Assembly: GCF_006345805.1 (NCBI RefSeq)
Contig: NW_021835797.1
Span: forward strand, 1-43,448
Length of the DNA stretch: 43,448 bases
Direction: 5' to 3'
Origin: Octopus sinensis
Lineage: Eukaryota
The notes under the pieces were generated by a model. That model made no database searches. It saw only the letters and a program-made list of their open reading frames with translations, and had not been told where the DNA came from. Below are positions 37,242 to 43,448 of the stretch, in pieces. Position numbers and translations under genes: made by a program. Position 1 is the stretch's first letter, and each line of letters starts with the position of its first letter.

Positions 37242-37276
37242 GTTTTACGTTTCGAGCAAATCTCTTCGTCAGAAAC
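37242..37276 (-). ncRNA. Minimal type I hammerhead ribozyme candidate within a Penelope-like repeat (37180-37350)
   Basis: Minus: GTTT-CTGACGA-A-GAG-atttg-CTC-GAAA-CG-TA-AAAC. Stem I GTTT/AAAC, ACGT palindrome, GUA triplet. Confidence 0.7.
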
Positions 37277-37381
37277 AGGAGACGGAGGAAAGTCCAAGAG
37301 GAAAGGAAGACGGAGGAAAATAATCGCCAACGATCCACATGTGGTTACATTTTTAATATATATATATTCATACATACATAT

Positions 37382-37431
<50 letters not shown>

Positions 37432-38092
37432 GTGTGTGTGTGTGTGTGTATGTATGTATTTATGTATGTTTACACACGCACACAGAGGAGAGACAGACAG
37501 TCAAACAGACAGACAGAGACAAACAGAAAGTGTTTGAGAGAGAGAGAGAGAGAGAGATAGAGAGAGAGAGCGAGACAGACAGACACACAGACACACAAAC
37601 ACACAGACAGACGAACAGACAGAGACAGAGAGAGGTACTTAGTTAAAATCCTTTCCAATTTTCCCGTCCATTTTCATTTTACTTTATATTTCCACCCGGA
37701 AATATAAAACATCATGACAAATTACCGCCTCCATCCCTTTAACACGTGTTTACAACGTAAAATTCCAATTACCGTAAAGCACTTTAGATCTGGACGTCTT
37801 GTTAATACCTCTGTATATATATGTCAACTGCATGTTGGATTATGTCTAGTTCTTTCGGTTCACATACTAAATTATTCTCTGAGTGACGTTGTGGTATAAA
37901 TATAATTTATAAAGCTTCAATATCAATGGATGTTTATCATATTTCTCTCCAGAAACTTCACATTGAAAACCATTATTTACGACACTCACATTTCCGTTTC
38001 CGTTAGTATGATATCTGACCATGAAGTGTTTTAGACTTGTCAGCATCCTTGTCCTCGTTATTGTCGATGCTGTTGTTACCGCTGCTGCTGTT

Positions 38093-38462
38093 TGTTTGTT
38101 TCTTGGTTTGTTGAGCGAAGCGGTCTTCGTCCCATTAGTGGGAGAAGTCCTAAACGTGGTTCTTTTGCGATTCCTAAGACCCACAGAAGAGAAAGCAGGT
38201 CAACCCCCGGCACCGAGAGCATCGACGGATGAATGAATGCGCATCCAGGCTCAGCGGTTGCGTAGGAGGTCTGGGACAAGAAACAGGAAGAAAGAGTGAT
38301 AGAAAGTTGGAGTGAAAGAATACAGCAGGGGTCGCCACCACCCCCTGTCGGAGCCTCGTGGAGCTTTAGGTGTTTATCGCTCAATTAACACGCACAACGC
38401 TCGGTCTGGGAATCGAAACCGCGAGTCCACTGCCCTAACCACTGGGCCATTGCACCTCCACT
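38093..38462 (-). mobile_element. SINE with family C head, a different tail, a (CAAA)n end and a probable TSD
   Basis: Head matches 31150-31342; gctgctgctgtt flanks both sides (38081-38092 and 38463-38474). Confidence 0.8.
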
Positions 38463-38919
38463 GCTGCTGCTGTTGTTGCTGCCGCAGCAGCTGTCGCTAC
38501 TGCTATTGCTCCTGCAGGGCATGATTAGGGTGTGTACTGCCCGAGCCCCCAAAATATATTGCAAACTGATTCTCCCTAAAAGTGCCGTATGCACAACAGC
38601 GTCATCCATAACTGATCCCTTGTCACACGCACACTAGCCCGTTAATTCCACTGTTATTCTTAGGATTGTTTAGTCTGACTATATTTCGATCCCGGGTAGC
38701 TATAATCAGCTCTAATATTTTCAATGTTGAGTTCTCCAGCTGTTTCATACATGCTACAGATCCGCATACGTTTCCCTTGGCATATAAACATGCCTGCATA
38801 CATATATATACATGCATATATTCGTACAAACATACATTTATACAAACATATATGCATACATACATACTTTCATACATTCATACATACATTTACATGCACA
38901 TATATATGTATATATGTAC

Positions 38920-38973
<54 letters not shown>

Positions 38974-39574
38974 ACTTTATAAAAATAGGGTAAAGTAAAA
39001 TAATTTACTTTACCACACTTTACCACACGTTTTTAGAAATAGCAGCCAAAAAATTTGGCTATTTCTTCTACTGCAAGAAAAAGTCTCCCATACAATGCAT
39101 ACTCAGAAATAACTCACATAGGTATAAGGGAAAAACAACGAAAGATCACATCCATATGAGATACCCGAGGACAAGCCTGTTTCTGGATTAGTTGATTAAA
39201 CGCCAACATTTCCTTCATCAACTCAGAGATTTCTTCTAATTTAAATTTGAAAGTACTAAGAATCAAACATACCCGTCCGATATATGTAACACTGGACAAA
39301 CCATGCCAGACCACCAGTACTAGCGAATCCAAAAATACAAATGAGATCTAGTATTCTCCCTGTCCACCCACGTAAGTCACAGAGTAGTGCATTCCTACAG
39401 AGGCAAAACTGTAGTTAATTCTTGGGGAGAAAGCATTATATTGTCAATAAAAAAGGGTAGAATTAATTAATTATTAATTAATTCGACCGAGCAGTCTTCG
39501 GTATGTAAAACGACCATTTACGGTATATTTGAAATATTACTATATAAAAATAGGGTAAAGTAATATTGCCAGTG

Positions 39575-40330
39575 TATTGTGAGCGTGTATATGTGTGTTC
39601 TGTGTGTGGAGGTATATTTTCATTCGTGTGTGTGTAAATACGTGTGTGTGTACGTGTGTATATGTGTATGCGCGTGTATGTACGTGTGTGTATGTGTGTG
39701 CATGTATGTATACGTGTGGAGGTATATCTGCGTTCATGTGTGTGCGTGCGTGCGTGTGTGCATGTGTGAGTGTATGTGTGTGTGTGTGTGTGTGCGTATA
39801 TGTATGTGTATGTTGTGTGTGTGCTGCGTATGTGGAGGTATATGTGCTTTCGTGTTTGTGCGTGCATGTGTGTGTGCTTGCATGTATGTGTGTGCCTGTG
39901 GCGTGTGTGTGTGTATGTGTATGGAGGGAAAGAGTGTGAGGTGGAATGAGGATGCGGTGTCTGAAGGGTGTGCGAATGGGTGGGTGTGGTTGTGTGAGTG
40001 GGTGAGGGTGGTGGTCGTGTGTGCGTGTGTGTTGGCATATGTGTGCGTGAACCAAGTTGGAAAGCGTATATTTGTATGTGTGTGCACATGTATGGGTGAG
40101 GTGTGTGTGCGTTTATCTTTGTGTGTCATTCTGTCGCACATTCTCTGTGTAAATGTGAGTAAAAATGTGTAAATGTGAGTGTGAGTGTACCTATCTCTAT
40201 GTATCACTCTGTTGCGTATGTGTGTGGAAGTCTATGAACGTGCGTGTATATGTGTGTATGCGTGTGCGTTGTGTTTAGATGGTTGTGTGTGGGAGTATGT
40301 GTGCATTTGTGTATGTGTGTGCGTACGTAA
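39575..40330. repeat. Degenerate (GT)n-rich low-complexity tract, followed by an A-rich tract (40490-40850)
   Basis: Base composition. Confidence 0.9.
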
Positions 40331-41606
40331 GAGAGAGAGGGGGGGTTGGTGATATATGGTGTGTGGTATACGAATAGGAGATAAAAAATTAATACAAATA
40401 ACAAAGAGTGCAAATGATAGGAATAAGTAGGAATTGGTAACAAAAAACATAAAGGGAAAAAAATTGACATATAAAAAAAAGATTTAAAAATTAACACATA
40501 AAAGATAAAAATAAAATAAAAATAAAATGATAATATAAAATAACTTAAATAGATATTAAATAAAAATTGAATAATAAAATAAATAAAAAATAAAATAAGA
40601 TAAAAATAAAAAAATGAAAAATAGAAATAATAAATAGATAAAATAAAAAGTCAAATTAAACAAGTACAACAGTAACAGAAATAAACGAAAATAAAATTAA
40701 ATGAAAATAAAAGACTAAAAAAAGGTTTTAAACCAGTAAAAAAATGAATAAAAGAATGAATGAAAAATAAAGGAATAAACGTTAAAAAATCGATAATCGA
40801 TAACAGTTATAAAAAATGATTAAAAATAATAAATAAATGAATAAAAATAACATAGGAGGAAAAGTTATCTTGTAAGGGAGTGAGGGAGAGGTATTGAGAG
40901 GAGGGGAGTGCGTTGAATCCAAAAGAAGTTTGAGTATGTAGAGTAAAAGATGTAAAGCGGGTGTAGTAGTTTGACGCTCTGTAAAGTGGGAAAGTACTTT
41001 GCGTTTCGAGCCTACGCTCTTCCGCAGAAAAGAGTAAGAGAAAATATACAGAGAGAACAAAAATTACTTGTGGATTTAGCGAGCAAGCATGGCGACTGGT
41101 TGGGAAAAAAGGTTTGACAGGAGAGGTAGAAAGAAGGGGTAATCATAAAACAAGGGTGCACGTGCATGTGTGTATGTGAGAATGTGTGCGTGTGTGTGTG
41201 TGGTTAGAGGCTAGTGACTTTGACGTATGGGGATGTGAGTGCGTGTGCAGATGATAGTATGTGGGTGTGCAGATGATGGTGTGTGGTGATGGCTGGGAAG
41301 TGGTGAATGCTAGTGTGTAGTGGTGTGATGTGGTGTGGCGGTGTAATGTGGCCTGTGGTGTGTAGTTCAGGAGTTTGGGTGTGGTGGAGATGTATAGGTA
41401 GGGTGTGGAGATGTGGGTTTGGGGTAGCGAGCGGTGTGTGGGTAGAGGGGGTATCAATGAAGAGATGAGAGGAGAGGTGGGTAAAAATGAAGAGAAGCAG
41501 TAGCTGTCAAATGTACATATATATATAGAGATATATATATACATACTTACAATACAAACATGCATATGTATAGATAGATAGATAAATATACATACGTACA
41601 TACACA

Positions 41607-41655
<49 letters not shown>

Positions 41656-41676
41656 CATATAAATATATATATATAT

Positions 41677-41862
41677 GGAGAGTTTACGAAAAACCAAAAG
41701 ACGAAGACAGGTGTTGTACAAAAAAAAACAGATGTATTAGTACAACGCTCAGGAATAGAAAAAGTCTTTTACGTTTCGAGCCTACACTCTTCCACGGGAA
41801 GGGACACAGAAAAAACAAGGAGAGAAAAAAATGTATGTAGTGGCTAACGATCTATCATGGCG
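41677..41862 (-). mobile_element. Short repeat of the hammerhead-variant family (partial copy also at 40985-41060)
   Basis: Reverse complement of 27315-27487. Confidence 0.75.
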
Positions 41863-41869
41863 ACAATAA

Positions 41870-42030
41870 CGGTTTTCTTTCAAATACCTAGCTACCAAAT
41901 CCACTCCCAAGGCTTTGGTTGGCCTGACGCTACAGTAGAAGGGGCTCTTCCAAGACACGACGCAGTGAGATTGAACTCGGAACTAAATGGGTTGGGAAGC
42001 AAACGTCTAACCACACAGCCACGCTTTCAC
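41870..42030 (-). mobile_element. SINE family A head, diverged
   Basis: ctaccaaatccactcccaaggctttggttggcc...accacacagccac. Confidence 0.65.
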
Positions 42031-42505
42031 CGTGTCGAGAAAAATATCAGAAATTTCTAAATATTCATATGAAATGCTTAAACAAGAAACGACAGTTATT
42101 TGGAGAGTTCATTATGTATAAGAAAATATAAAGGAAATATAAATAAAAGATACTTATCAAGATTTGGAAACAAGTTGAGTGAAATGAAAAGATTGCTTAG
42201 GATGAATGCATGCGTAAGAAAATGACGTAAAACGAGGCTTAAATAAATTTTGCGAGAGAATAAATGAAACGCAGCTTTGCCGAGTTACTTTTAGGCTTTA
42301 GATAAATATCAAGATATTAATAAAATATATTTTGTGCGGCAATATATGTAATCCAACTCATAAGAGAGCTTTAAGATTTAACATGAAGAACTATGAAGGA
42401 CATTGAAAAGTATTATTCAAATCTAAATTAAAATATACTTCAACACATACACATATGTATATATAATATATATAATATACGTGTTATATACGTATATATA
42501 TATAT

Positions 42506-42542
<37 letters not shown>

Positions 42543-42569
42543 TAATATATATTATATATATAGATATAG

Positions 42570-42611
<42 letters not shown>

Positions 42612-42709
42612 TATGTATATGCATTTATTTATACATATGTGGATGTTGTACATGAATACATGCAGACGCAGAAAAACAAATATTTTTCCGTGTATTCGTG
42701 TGTGTGTGC

Positions 42710-42740
<31 letters not shown>

Positions 42741-42759
42741 CGTGTGTATGCGTGTGTGT

Positions 42760-42794
<35 letters not shown>

Positions 42795-42949
42795 AAGAGA
42801 GAGAGAGAGTGTGTGTGTGTAGAAAAAAGATTGAATGCAAGGTGTTTATATAAACTTCAGAAACAGACAGACATACAGTATATTTAAATAAAGCAGAGTG
42901 TATACTCATGTACTCACGCGAAAGGCACACAGACGTATTTATACATACT

Positions 42950-42986
<37 letters not shown>

Positions 42987-43338
42987 GCATAAACAAACAC
43001 ACATATATATGCACATACACCTATTTCCGCCGTATTCAAAAGGTACTGTCAACATAGCACTAAGAATTTTATTACAAACCCACAAAGTCAACTTCATGTA
43101 ATTGAGTTTCTGTTCACGCCATATGAATATAAAACGAATGATAAACGTTTATGAATCCCCTTAGCTTTAATATTGAAATATAATTGAAATAAGCTAACAC
43201 GGTTAGTAAACTAAAGGTGACACGAAACATAGCTGAAAATATATTATGTTATAAGAAATAGATATAATTCACACTTGGTGTATGAAATATCTGAATGAGG
43301 AGAAGCTACGGCAAACTATTTACCGTTATATCTATCTA

Positions 43339-43384
<46 letters not shown>

Positions 43385-43448
43385 ATATTTTGTTGTTGTT
43401 AAGTTGTTTATCAGTTCTAAACTAATAATAATAATAATAATAATAATA

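Noticed and set aside
39114-39332. Non-repetitive minus-strand ORF ending near a GTGAGT donor-like site as a GPCR exon
   Set aside because: No class B ectodomain motifs and no clear acceptor; it lies within a direct-repeat-bounded putative mobile unit.
631-43101. Most ORFs in the six-frame track (YI/IY, HT/TH, CV/VC, IYLS repeats)
   Set aside because: They are translations of (TA)n, (CA)n, (TG)n and (GATA)n microsatellites or SINEs, with no domain content.

Overview
This is eukaryotic, very AT-rich, microsatellite-saturated DNA. The tRNA-derived SINE families and repeat density look like an octopus (coleoid cephalopod) genome, which is an inference from remembered repeat families. The only well-supported host coding sequence is one 107-bp minus-strand exon (417-523) encoding TM1 of a class B (secretin-family, CRF/DH44-receptor-like) GPCR, so the rest is probably one very large intron or upstream region of that gene. 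It holds at least five modular tRNA-SINE types, a decayed Helitron PIF1-helicase fragment, pogo-, mariner- and piggyBac-like MITE pieces, and a non-LTR retrotransposon 3' end found twice inside (GATA)n arrays. There is also a ~1-kb tandem duplication and several fold-back (inverted-repeat) elements next to (TA)n. The most striking hidden pattern is more than a dozen minimal type I hammerhead-ribozyme-like motifs (CUGANGA-stem II-GAAA-palindromic stem III-UH) from several unrelated, probably Penelope-like families, two of them with a complete core. Nearly all ORFs in the supplied track are microsatellite translation artefacts.
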